Below are positions 9,634-18,429 of a DNA stretch of 64,000 nt, one piece after another. Location: IMG/VR virus record IMGVR_UViG_3300010160_000036, positions 1 through 64,000 of that record, one strand, 5' to 3'. This stretch comes from a virus. A program made the position numbers and the translations under genes. Below the pieces are notes generated by a model that ran no database searches, was not told where the DNA came from, and saw nothing but the letters and a program-made list of their open reading frames with translations. Position 1 is the first letter of the stretch. Each line of letters opens with the position of its first letter.

Positions 9634-9870
9634 TTAAACAGTTGGTCCACCAGCTGCATCGGCATTTGCTTGAGGTCCATATTGTTCATGAACCTTCTTT
9701 AAATAATTAACTTTTTCATAGTTTCTAACATCATTCATCTTGCGTAATTTACGGATTTGTTTTAGTGTTAGTTTAGTTTTACGGCTTTCTCTCCATTTTG
9801 GGCTACTGTTGTCATCTTCAACATCTTGTAGACCTGGTATAGCCGGCTCGTACATTTCAAAAAGTTTCAT
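9634..9870 (-). CDS. Small basic head-assembly protein (gp67 position)
   Basis: 78 aa, RKTKLTLKQIRKLRKM; AGGA RBS and ATAAATA (9887-9893) upstream; directly after portal. Confidence 0.6.
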   Translation of the reverse strand: MKLFEMYEPAIPGLQDVEDDNSSPKWRESRKTKLTLKQIRKLRKMNDVRNYEKVNYLKKVHEQYGPQANADAAGGPTV

Positions 9871-9894
9871 TATTTTTCCTATAATGTATTTATC

Positions 9895-11697
9895 TTACAT
9901 TCCATTACCTGCGGGTGCTGGCATATTCTGTCCCGGTACTGCTTCACCTGGTTTTTGTACTTGTCCTGCAGCATCTAATTCTGGATTAACTTCATCATTT
10001 TCATCGCCGGCCAAAGCCTCTTCACCAGTTGTTGTGTCCGTTTCGATATCGCCTGCACTAATACCAATACTACGTAAGTCTTTACCTTGTGGATCAACTT
10101 CAATTTCTTTATTATTTTCTTCACGCCACATCTTCTCGTTCTTATTAATTTCGTCTTCTGTCAATCCCAAGAAGCGTTCTAGCGCAAATCGTTTAGATAT
10201 ATATGGGTACTGTTCTATACTTGTAAAAGTAGAAACACGTGCGGTATCTAGTTCTGTTTGACGATATGCGGCAAAGTTTTGTGGTGGATTAAACTCTAGT
10301 GTAAACAAGTTACTATCAATGTTTAAACCTCTCCAGCGTAAGAATAACTTGAATTCTTCATCAAGCTTTCTACCAATATAGTTTTGTAGTCGTTCACAAT
10401 ATTGATTGAAACGAAACTCTTGAATCATAGCAGTACCAACACGACCATCGCTTAAAGGTGTTGTATTATCATCAGGTCCAGTAGGTAAATAACTACTTGG
10501 AACACGTAGACCACGTGCTAAACGATTATTGAAATACTTCAAGTCATCAATCTCACCCAAATTTTGTCCACCGGGTAATAGTTCCACACTAGAACCACGA
10601 CCTTCAGCAGTAACTGGGAAGAAATAATCTTCGTTCATACTTAATGGATTATAAGTAGCATCAACAATTGCTTGTCCTCCACCTACACTAGGAATGCGTC
10701 TTTGATGAATCTCATTCTTAATACGTTCAACAAATGCCATGGCCATGTGACTTGGCATATTACCAACGTCAATTTTAAACACTCTACGTTCTGGCGCTCG
10801 TTGTACACGATAGATGAGAACTGCGTCTTCTAATAGTTCTTTTTGTTTATATACTTTAAAGATGTTCTCTAGTATTGACTGACCAAAGGGCCAAAATCTA
10901 TCAAGACCTTCTGTTAAGCTTAGATGCACTACGTGTTTAGCATCAACAGCGGCTTCATTAAATCCAAGACTGAATCGTGATCCAGTTGTGTTACTTCCAC
11001 TAGGAACTGTATATCCACCACTAGCACCTGATCCACCACCTGTACCGCCCATACCTGTAACAGGACTAGCGGCATAATCAGTATTTGTCTTTTCAGCCAC
11101 AGTCAAGTTTTCCAAGTTAATGTTCAAATCTTTTAAAACATATTGTTCTGGTTTCTTGCCTTCACTTTCGTTAACAATAACTTTGATAACTTTAATCATG
11201 TCAACCCAATATAACTTAAAGTTTTCCGGGTCGCGCACAAAAACTTGATCTCCATACTTTAAACAGTTTCTAAAGATTTTGAATAGTCGTGTGTTGAATT
11301 CGTTTAGTTTGCTCCATTGCTGAAGTTGAGTTTTTAGTAATTCAATTTCATGGGGAGTTGGATCATCTTTCCAATTTAAGTTAAAGGGAGTTTGATTGTG
11401 TTCATTTTTTTGTGTACTGAACTCAGCAATGATATCTAAACATGCGTTGATTTCAGCATCAACGTCCATCATCTCATATTGATTATATCGTTCAATACGG
11501 TTTGGGTGACCAGTATATACTTCTGGTAAACGACTGCGATAGTTTTTGTAACCAAAGTCATCATTGTTTGTGCCACCTGTTGGTGATCCATTTTGTCCTG
11601 AACTACCATTCCATGCACCATTGTTACTATTGCCACCGGCAATAGGACTCATTGTTCCAGCTGCATTAACTCTGGTAAATCGTTTCTTGTATGTCAT
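9895..11697 (-). CDS. gp20: Portal vertex protein (T4 gp20 family)
   Basis: LLEDAVLIYRVQRAPERRVFKIDVGNMP, EDYFFP...GRGSSVELLPGGQNLGEIDD, LRVPSSYL motifs; CTAAATA at 11716-11722 upstream. Confidence 0.95.
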   Translation of the reverse strand: MTYKKRFTRVNAAGTMSPIAGGNSNNGAWNGSSGQNGSPTGGTNNDDFGYKNYRSRLPEVYTGHPNRIERYNQYEMMDVDAEINACLDIIAEFSTQKNEHNQTPFNLNWKDDPTPHEIELLKTQLQQWSKLNEFNTRLFKIFRNCLKYGDQVFVRDPENFKLYWVDMIKVIKVIVNESEGKKPEQYVLKDLNINLENLTVAEKTNTDYAASPVTGMGGTGGGSGASGGYTVPSGSNTTGSRFSLGFNEAAVDAKHVVHLSLTEGLDRFWPFGQSILENIFKVYKQKELLEDAVLIYRVQRAPERRVFKIDVGNMPSHMAMAFVERIKNEIHQRRIPSVGGGQAIVDATYNPLSMNEDYFFPVTAEGRGSSVELLPGGQNLGEIDDLKYFNNRLARGLRVPSSYLPTGPDDNTTPLSDGRVGTAMIQEFRFNQYCERLQNYIGRKLDEEFKLFLRWRGLNIDSNLFTLEFNPPQNFAAYRQTELDTARVSTFTSIEQYPYISKRFALERFLGLTEDEINKNEKMWREENNKEIEVDPQGKDLRSIGISAGDIETDTTTGEEALAGDENDEVNPELDAAGQVQKPGEAVPGQNMPAPAGNGM

Positions 11698-11724
11698 ATA
11701 TTAGGGCCTATACACTATTTAGTA

Positions 11725-14700
11725 TTAAGCTTGTGAATACTGCAATATTTTACTAGATATATTATTACCATCTTCTAATGCAGCCAACATTGATCCAAAT
11801 TTATCTTCCATCATTTCAGACAATTGTTGCATCATATCTGTCATATCAGTATTTGGCATGGCGCTTGTTACCGAATCATTTAGTGCTGGTATTGACATTT
11901 CGGCTGGTTGTTTTTCTACTTGTGCTAATTTTTGATTTATATTGTCAGTTTGAATTCCATTAAGTACAGTTTCTCTAGGGTGTAACATTATCGGGAAACC
12001 AGATGTTGGTCCATCAAAAAATCCCCCAGTAGCCGCGCCGGCTACATATGAAGGTGTTTCATTTTCTGACGAGAAAGTAGGCACAGTAACTGGATTTTTA
12101 GCTTTGTCTTTGCTTACAGGTTCTGCGCTTGCTACGTTAGTTGCTTTGGCTTTGTCTTTGCTTACAGGTTCTGCGCTTGCTACGTTAGTTGCTTTGGCTT
12201 TGTCTTTGCTTACAGGTTCTGCGCTTGCTACGTTAGTTGCTTTGTCTGCGGCAGCGCTAGCCATTTGATTTTCTCGGTCTATTTTGTTATAATCCCTCAT
12301 CCAACCAGCTTGATATCTCTCTGGTGTTAATCCTTTATTTACTGCCAAAGCTTCTTTGCTTATCTTACCTTGAAGATTACCCGTATACCAAGCATTAGGA
12401 ATTTTACTGACATCACCCTTAGATTGTCTTAGTAAATCTTCTACATAGTGTTTTGCAACTGCATCTTGCACTTCTTTTGGTGCATCCCTAGCATGTTTAT
12501 ATTCAGTGCCTATTCCTGCAGCTTTAGCTTGTTGTGCCCATGTACTGTCAATAAATTGATAGGCTCCGCTAGCAGATGACCCTTTAGCCTTTGCATTATA
12601 ATTATTACCAGATTCACGCTTACGAATCGTAGCCATTGCTTTGTCAACATCACTTGCATTTACTGGAAGATTACTCTGTTGTTCACGACCATATGTTGTT
12701 TTTTTAGAAGCCCCGAGTGTAGATGCATCCTTAGCTTTTCCTGTTGAACTTTCGTCTATAGGAGGTGCGGCTCCTGCCTTCCGCGCATCTTCCATAGTCT
12801 TGTAGACTTCTTTACCAATACTGCGTTGTTTCTTGTTTATTTCACGTAAATCATTTTGTTCTTTTAAGAAGGCTTCTCTTTTAGACGCCATTGCCTTCAT
12901 TGATTCTTTGTTAGCGTCATCTTCAGATTTTTGTGCAGATTCTTTTTGTGCTTTTGTTGCAGTTGGATCAGCTTGTATTTTTTTATTAGCATCCATCGCA
13001 GCCTGTTGTTTATTCAATGCTTCGGTATCTGCTTTTTTTGCTTTTTCTAATGGACTTACACCTGAAGGAGCTGTTGCTTTACCGGTACTACCTCCTGGGC
13101 CTGAACCTCCTGGGCCTGAACCTCCTGAGCCTGAACCGCCGGGCGCTTTGCCTTCAATTTTTAAGTCACCTTTAATGATTAAATCACCGGTGAATTCCAT
13201 ACTCTGATCTGATAGTGTTCCACTGGCATGGCCCGAACTACCCGGAGACGCACTACCCGGAGAACCTGCTTTATTTTTATAAGTTGATGGGAATAGATAC
13301 TCCCACCAATGAGTATCACCTCGAGGATTAGCCCAATTTCCATTGGGCCCATAATTGTTATTTGCAGAAACATCGGTGCTAGGCATACTACCTGAACCAT
13401 TAGATTTGTTACTATTACCGGGGCTAGATTTCCAAGGTGGTTCTTTAGATGTTAAACGTTTCCACCAGCTACCGTCACTTGCACCACCTGTTAAAAGTGA
13501 TCCGCCGCCGGTGTTCTTTCCAGGAGTTCCGCCAACCGGTCCCTTTGCACCTACAGTGTCTCCAAATACTTTAACTGCGTTTTCAAACGTTGTGGATGCA
13601 AATTTATTTAATTCTGCTGAATAATTAAATGACTTAACTACACTATCCATTGTCATAGCAGCCGCTTGTTGCGATCTGCCTGCATCAACCATGTTTTTAG
13701 TACTTTGATCTGGATTGTTTTCTTTTTCTTGTTGTAGTTTCTTTAATGCATCTGAAATACTCATTCCAGGATTCTTTTCTTGTAACTTTCGTGCTTGCTC
13801 AAATCTCTTACTTTCATCTACGGTAGAGCCTATTCCACCCAAGAATAATCCACTAGTGTCACCACTTATTTTAGCTAAAGGAGCAACACGGCGTGCCTGA
13901 TCTTTTGAACTTTTGTTTGCAGCATCTAGTATATCTTCAACGTTTCTATTGCCTTCACGTATTAAATCAAATCCTTTTCTGTATTGCTGACTTGCAATTG
14001 CGCCTTCTTGTGTAGTAAATCCACCTTTGTTTACACCTACGTCAACTATACCTTTTACACCTCTACTATTCCCCAACTCTTGTTCACGGGAAGCCAGTGC
14101 CATAACCATTTTTAATCGTTCAGATTCTTGAGTGTCACCTCTATCTTCAGCCATAAGCATTGCTGCTCGTAGCTGGTCTATTTTCATTACTGCTTCACGT
14201 GCTTCTTCTTGTTCTTTTTTAGTAGCTCCGGTTAACTGTGACAATCTATCTAATTGTTCAATGTATTCTTTAGCACCTCTAATTTGCTCGGCTTGAGTTT
14301 TATTAAGATCCAGTCCCATGCGAGTTTGCATAGACATATATTTTAGTGTATGCTCACGTTGTTCATCAGCAGTTACACCTAATAATTCTAATTTTGCACC
14401 AAGATCACTTTTATATAATTTACCAGCTACTTCGGCAAATTGTCTAGCACCTTCTGCGGTCGTAGTGCCAAAAAGTTTTAAATCTTTTGAATTACTTTTT
14501 AATAACGCATTGAATTTTTCTATCTCTGATGCTGCCATTCCCAATGTTTGAAGTGTATCAAACACTCCATCCATTCCTCTAGCAGTAGATAGACCGGACT
14601 TACTTAATTCATTGAAAGATTTGAATAGTCTGTCTGTTTGTTCGGCAGCAACTTCATTAAATTCAGCTGCCTTTTTAACCCCATATCCAACAGCTTGTAA

Positions 14701-15561
14701 TCCTACAGAAAGTGCTCTAGCACCTATTTTAGCTGCTAGTCCCAATCCTGGAATAAACCATAATGCGGCACTTATAAAGTTTATTGCACTGTTTAAACCA
14801 TCGGCAAATTTAGTTACAGCTTTTGCCCCTACCATTGCACCTCGCTCACCTGCATAGATAGATTTGGTTAGTTGCATAGTAGCAGCCGATAATCCCCCAA
14901 ATACTGCTTGAGCTGCCGCAAAACCAACATTTAATCTAGCAGAGCCTCCAACCAATTCTGATAGTCCATTAGTTACCGAACCAAAAGCACCACCGGATTT
15001 TTCAAATTCAGCAGATAAATTTGCAATATCTTTAGCAGACCCTATTTGAAGTTTGGCTGCTATGTTAGCATTTGATACTTGCTTACTACTAACAGCGTTT
15101 TCTTTTTCTATTTTTGCATTTGATGCTGCATTTTCTATAGCTGCTTGTGTTCTTCTTTCCGCATTTAATCTATCACCTTGCTGTAGAAATTCTTTCTGTT
15201 GTTTAGTTAGCTCAACAATGGTGCTAATTACTTTGCCGTTTTCATCGATAGCAATGTTTCTATTTTTCTTTTCTCTTTCAAATAGTTCGGTTTGATCTTT
15301 GGCTCTATTTTTTTCTTCTTCGGTTTGTTTTCTAGTGGCAGAGGTATTAGCACCAACAGCAGCCGTATTTGCGTCCGAGGCTGCGGCTGCCGCAGCCGCA
15401 GCTTTTGCTGCTTCCTCAGCTTGTGCCTTTAACTTGTCAACCCCTAGTCTTTTACCTAACTTCTCTACTGCTTGATCAGTAAGCTGTATGTTGCCAATAA
15501 GAGCAGTAAGGGCTTCATTAAGGAGTCTCAGCTTTTCTTGTTCAATTTCTTTTTCGTCCAT
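11725..15561 (-). CDS. Tape-measure-like protein with lytic transglycosylase/lysozyme-like domain
   Basis: 1278 aa, helical and Ala-rich, hydrophobic segment (FISAALWFIPGLGLAA), IRKRESGNNYNA...SASGAYQFIDSTW catalytic-type motif, C-terminal ATGGFFDGPTSG...LHPRETVL. Confidence 0.75.
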   Translation of the reverse strand: MDEKEIEQEKLRLLNEALTALIGNIQLTDQAVEKLGKRLGVDKLKAQAEEAAKAAAAAAAASDANTAAVGANTSATRKQTEEEKNRAKDQTELFEREKKNRNIAIDENGKVISTIVELTKQQKEFLQQGDRLNAERRTQAAIENAASNAKIEKENAVSSKQVSNANIAAKLQIGSAKDIANLSAEFEKSGGAFGSVTNGLSELVGGSARLNVGFAAAQAVFGGLSAATMQLTKSIYAGERGAMVGAKAVTKFADGLNSAINFISAALWFIPGLGLAAKIGARALSVGLQAVGYGVKKAAEFNEVAAEQTDRLFKSFNELSKSGLSTARGMDGVFDTLQTLGMAASEIEKFNALLKSNSKDLKLFGTTTAEGARQFAEVAGKLYKSDLGAKLELLGVTADEQREHTLKYMSMQTRMGLDLNKTQAEQIRGAKEYIEQLDRLSQLTGATKKEQEEAREAVMKIDQLRAAMLMAEDRGDTQESERLKMVMALASREQELGNSRGVKGIVDVGVNKGGFTTQEGAIASQQYRKGFDLIREGNRNVEDILDAANKSSKDQARRVAPLAKISGDTSGLFLGGIGSTVDESKRFEQARKLQEKNPGMSISDALKKLQQEKENNPDQSTKNMVDAGRSQQAAAMTMDSVVKSFNYSAELNKFASTTFENAVKVFGDTVGAKGPVGGTPGKNTGGGSLLTGGASDGSWWKRLTSKEPPWKSSPGNSNKSNGSGSMPSTDVSANNNYGPNGNWANPRGDTHWWEYLFPSTYKNKAGSPGSASPGSSGHASGTLSDQSMEFTGDLIIKGDLKIEGKAPGGSGSGGSGPGGSGPGGSTGKATAPSGVSPLEKAKKADTEALNKQQAAMDANKKIQADPTATKAQKESAQKSEDDANKESMKAMASKREAFLKEQNDLREINKKQRSIGKEVYKTMEDARKAGAAPPIDESSTGKAKDASTLGASKKTTYGREQQSNLPVNASDVDKAMATIRKRESGNNYNAKAKGSSASGAYQFIDSTWAQQAKAAGIGTEYKHARDAPKEVQDAVAKHYVEDLLRQSKGDVSKIPNAWYTGNLQGKISKEALAVNKGLTPERYQAGWMRDYNKIDRENQMASAAADKATNVASAEPVSKDKAKATNVASAEPVSKDKAKATNVASAEPVSKDKAKNPVTVPTFSSENETPSYVAGAATGGFFDGPTSGFPIMLHPRETVLNGIQTDNINQKLAQVEKQPAEMSIPALNDSVTSAMPNTDMTDMMQQLSEMMEDKFGSMLAALEDGNNISSKILQYSQA
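12101..12244. repeat. Perfect 3 x 48-bp tandem repeat (ATNVASAEPVSKDKAK) inside the tape-measure gene
   Basis: Unit GCTTTGTCTTTGCTTACAGGTTCTGCGCTTGCTACGTTAGTTGCTTTG at 12101, 12149 and 12197. Confidence 0.95.
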
Positions 15562-15571
15562 ATTTTAACCA

Positions 15572-15594
15572 CTAAATAATTCAATAGTATTTAT
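15572..15594. promoter_or_regulatory. Face-to-face late promoter boxes (CTAAATA on +, ATAAATA on -)
   Basis: CTAAATA 15572-15578 and TATTTAT 15588-15594 in the short gap between divergent genes. Confidence 0.55.
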
Positions 15595-15629
15595 GATTTG
15601 AAAAAATACTAATTTTGGAGATTACAAAC

Positions 15630-16451
15630 ATGACAAACCCGCTAAAACAATACTTTCGCAGACCCGCAATATACATGAAACTTCCCAGTGAAGGTAAATT
15701 TTATTCAGAGGGGTCAATTGACCTACCGGATAACAAAGAACTGCCTATCTATCCCATGACAGCGATTGACGAGATTACTAGTAAAACACCGGATATGCTG
15801 TTTAATGGCTCGGCAATAGTTGAAATTATCAGAAGCTGTGTTCCTAACATTAAAAATCCATGGGAAATCCCACAGATTGATTTGGACCCTATACTAGTAG
15901 CCATCAGAGCAGCAACCAACGGTAATAGTTTGGATATCAACAGCACATGTCCATCATGTGAGGAAGAAGGAAAATACGGCATTAACCTTACGGGATTACT
16001 GACTTCACTTAAATCAGGTAACTATGATGAAGAAATTACTATCAATGAATTGAAATTCAAGTTTAAACCATTGTCATATAAACAAATTAATCAAGTTAAT
16101 AGTTCACAATTTGAAATACAAGCGGTGATGAATGGTCTAGAAAATATAGATGATGATGTAATTAGACAAGCTAAGACAACAGAATCTATGACAAAATTAA
16201 CTGAATTGAGTATGAGTTTTGTAGCTGAATCAATAGAGCATGTTACAAGCCCGTCAGCCTTTGTAGTTGAAAAAGAATATATTTTGGATTTCTTAAAAAA
16301 CTGTGATAAACAGACATTTGATGCACTAAGAAAATCTACCATTGATTTACGAGAATCAAGCGAAATTAAACCATTACGTATTAAATGCGTAAATTGCGCT
16401 AATGAATATGACCAAACATTAGTGTTAAATGCAACTGATTTTTTCGATTAA
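15630..16451 (+). CDS. gp26: Baseplate hub assembly chaperone (T4 gp26-like)
   Basis: NPLKQYFRRPAIYMKLPSEG, PMTAIDEI, DLDPILVAIRAAT, two CxxC pairs, C-terminal DFF; start ATG 15630 with GGAG RBS. Confidence 0.8.
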   Translation: MTNPLKQYFRRPAIYMKLPSEGKFYSEGSIDLPDNKELPIYPMTAIDEITSKTPDMLFNGSAIVEIIRSCVPNIKNPWEIPQIDLDPILVAIRAATNGNSLDINSTCPSCEEEGKYGINLTGLLTSLKSGNYDEEITINELKFKFKPLSYKQINQVNSSQFEIQAVMNGLENIDDDVIRQAKTTESMTKLTELSMSFVAESIEHVTSPSAFVVEKEYILDFLKNCDKQTFDALRKSTIDLRESSEIKPLRIKCVNCANEYDQTLVLNATDFFD

Positions 16452-16484
16452 GGCTTCTCACCCTAGACTCCAAGGGTGTGAGCC
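16439..16484 (+). promoter_or_regulatory. Putative programmed -1 ribosomal frameshift signal
   Basis: In-frame slippery heptamer T TTT TTC (16439-16445), 6-nt spacer, hairpin 16452-16484; the -1 frame is open into ORF 16478..16675. Confidence 0.7.
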
Positions 16485-16675
16485 AATTAATTGAAAACAT
16501 GGAGCAAGAGTCTAATGACATAAAGAAATCTGCATTGAAGCTATCATGGTTTATGCGTGGAGGAGCAACCTATGAGGATATACTTAATATGTCAGATATG
16601 GAAAGAACAGCTATGTCTGAATTGATTGAAGAAAATTTGGATACAACTAAAAAGTCGGGATTACCATTCTTCTAA
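16478..16675 (+). CDS. gp51-like baseplate assembly protein; probably the frameshifted C-terminal extension of 15630..16451
   Basis: LSWFMRGGATYEDILNMSDMER motif; no well-spaced RBS; in the -1 frame relative to the upstream gene. Confidence 0.65.
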   Translation: MSQLIENMEQESNDIKKSALKLSWFMRGGATYEDILNMSDMERTAMSELIEENLDTTKKSGLPFF

Positions 16676-16719
16676 CCATAGTAATTCATTTATCTAATTT
16701 ACGGGTTTCTTTACTTCTC

Positions 16720-17180
16720 ACTAAAAGATGAACTTCGTTCATCTAAGAACTTCACTTCGTTCGTTCTTATATTTGACGGTCTATAATTCTTTTTTACAGT
16801 AAGTAGTTAAAGAGTATATTGCCGATTAGAAGCCATGGTAGTGCTAATCAGCACTACCAATGGTTAAGGACATTTGCCATGACCGTCATCCGTTGTCATT
16901 TTTCTCCCGTTTAATTGCCTATTTGAGACACTAAACGCTACCGGTTGCTCTGTAAAGTTTATGGAGCTGTAGTCAGGTCTATCAATTTATTTCAATTGAC
17001 GCCTACGCAACGCACATTCTATGATTCAAAAATGAAGTCATCATAGACTTGTTGAGGGTTCGCTTTGCCGATTGCCCTCTCGGTATTCCATATGTATCAC
17101 TACATATGCTTACTCTAGATCCGTCAGCACAGCACAATCTGTACAAACTCAAAGAGGTCTCCCAACGGAGACAACAAATT
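16720..17180 (-). ncRNA. Candidate large structured non-coding RNA (~460 nt), family not recognised
   Basis: ~515-nt gap without a credible ORF; at least eight stems plus long-range helices; wobble pairs are G-U on the minus strand; ends in a hairpin with a short U tract. Confidence 0.6.
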
Positions 17181-17191
17181 TTTATTTTAAA

Positions 17192-17761
17192 TTATTGTAA
17201 TGGGGTGCTATCAAACGTGTTGATAAATTGTATGTTTGACTTGGTGTCTGTTGATGTTGAATATGTTTTTAATATATCGGTGTTGTGATTGAAGAAACTG
17301 TCAAACTCGAAAATTGTCCAGTCCCCTTGTTTTTTTGATGTGTAGTATATGAAGTTATCACTAACCCATGTTAGTTTGCTTTGACCAGCAACATAGCGAC
17401 CCTTACGATTAAACTTCATAAACAAAAGATTAATATCGCCTTCGTCAGCTACATCCATGAGTTGGTCTATCCAAGCATCTATTACTTTACAATCACCGGT
17501 AAGTAATAGATGAAAAGGAAAGTCAGCGTAGCTTTTCGCTTCAGCATTGAAATGCTTCCAATCATCAGGTGGAATGATATCACCTTTAAATGATTTAACT
17601 TGATTCTCACTTAGATATTCTTTTCGGTGATTGTTTGTTCCACCGATAAATGCACCGCTGTGTGCAGCCCTAACAAAAGATTCATTATAAGTTTTAGATA
17701 AAAAGTTAGCAACCTCACGTTCAAATGCGTTACCTTTATTTTTACTTTTTGATCCACTCAT
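17192..17761 (-). CDS. Holliday junction resolvase-like PD-(D/E)XK nuclease
   Basis: SKNKGNAFEREVA...SGAFIGG...GDIIPP...NAEAKSY pattern of Hjc-type resolvases. Confidence 0.8.
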   Translation of the reverse strand: MSGSKSKNKGNAFEREVANFLSKTYNESFVRAAHSGAFIGGTNNHRKEYLSENQVKSFKGDIIPPDDWKHFNAEAKSYADFPFHLLLTGDCKVIDAWIDQLMDVADEGDINLLFMKFNRKGRYVAGQSKLTWVSDNFIYYTSKKQGDWTIFEFDSFFNHNTDILKTYSTSTDTKSNIQFINTFDSTPLQ

Positions 17762-18371
17762 TCAATGCCTCTTTGTATAAATTAATATCTTTGTGTATTC
17801 TACTTATCAGTTCCTGATCGCAACCAAACTTTTTTGATAATGTAACATACAATCCATGTGTATATGAAACTTGTTCTAGTTCTTCTATAATTTTTACTTT
17901 TAAGTCAACATTGGTTCTACGTATACTAGCTAAGGTGTATTTACGCTTAGATTCATCTGATCGTTTCTTCCCGACAAGTTGAGCCCTTCTGGTTTCTATA
18001 TGGGTTTCTGTCTGGATAACACCCCTTCGTTGCGTAGACCATAGATGTTTTGTTTTTTCTGTATGACTATATCCGGTATTTCCTTGCTCACCGCCGTCAG
18101 CATAATTAGTAAGTGTTCCTGTTCCTTTAATGATTCTTCCATATTGCTCTATCAATATTTTTTCACGCAATAAAGCTGAATCTTCGGTTTCATGCTCACT
18201 ATCTACCGCAATCACGGGGGACATTCCTGCAAGTTTAATCTCTTTGATAAATTTATTTTTTAGTGGGTTGCCACCCTTCATAGTCACTTTTAACCTTCGC
18301 TTGGCACCCTTACCTACGTAGAATGGTGTATTGTTTCTCGGGTCATGTAAAATATAAACGTACCACATCAT
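17742..18371 (-). CDS. Free-standing GIY-YIG-type (LEM-3-like) homing endonuclease with NUMOD3-like repeats
   Basis: WYVYILHDPRNNTPFYVGKG...EKILIEQYG...LTN core; HTEKTK / RSDESKRK repeats; AAGGA RBS supports a start at 18371 or 18368; ATAAATA at 18398-18404. Confidence 0.75.
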   Translation of the reverse strand: MMWYVYILHDPRNNTPFYVGKGAKRRLKVTMKGGNPLKNKFIKEIKLAGMSPVIAVDSEHETEDSALLREKILIEQYGRIIKGTGTLTNYADGGEQGNTGYSHTEKTKHLWSTQRRGVIQTETHIETRRAQLVGKKRSDESKRKYTLASIRRTNVDLKVKIIEELEQVSYTHGLYVTLSKKFGCDQELISRIHKDINLYKEALNEWIKK

Positions 18372-18429
18372 AATATCCTTTGTAAAATATACACAATTAT
18401 TTATCATAATTTGTATATTTTAGACAGAT

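Noticed and set aside
12101-12244. 48-bp repeats as a CRISPR array
   Set aside because: Head-to-tail with no spacers, in frame within a CDS.
5412-16342. Antisense ORFs over head, tape-measure and gp26 genes (e.g. 6918..7328, 9740..10261, 12833..13207)
   Set aside because: Overlap well-supported genes on the opposite strand or non-coding signals; no motifs.
16676-17191. Group I/II intron, tmRNA, RNase P or CRISPR interpretation of the intergenic region
   Set aside because: Flanking genes are intact and convergent; no domain V, tRNA-like ends, GAGGAAAGUCC core or spaced repeats were seen.
17049-17288. 79-aa TTG-start ORF across the structured region
   Set aside because: No RBS, antisense overlap with the resolvase, no recognisable motif; the stems explain the sequence better.
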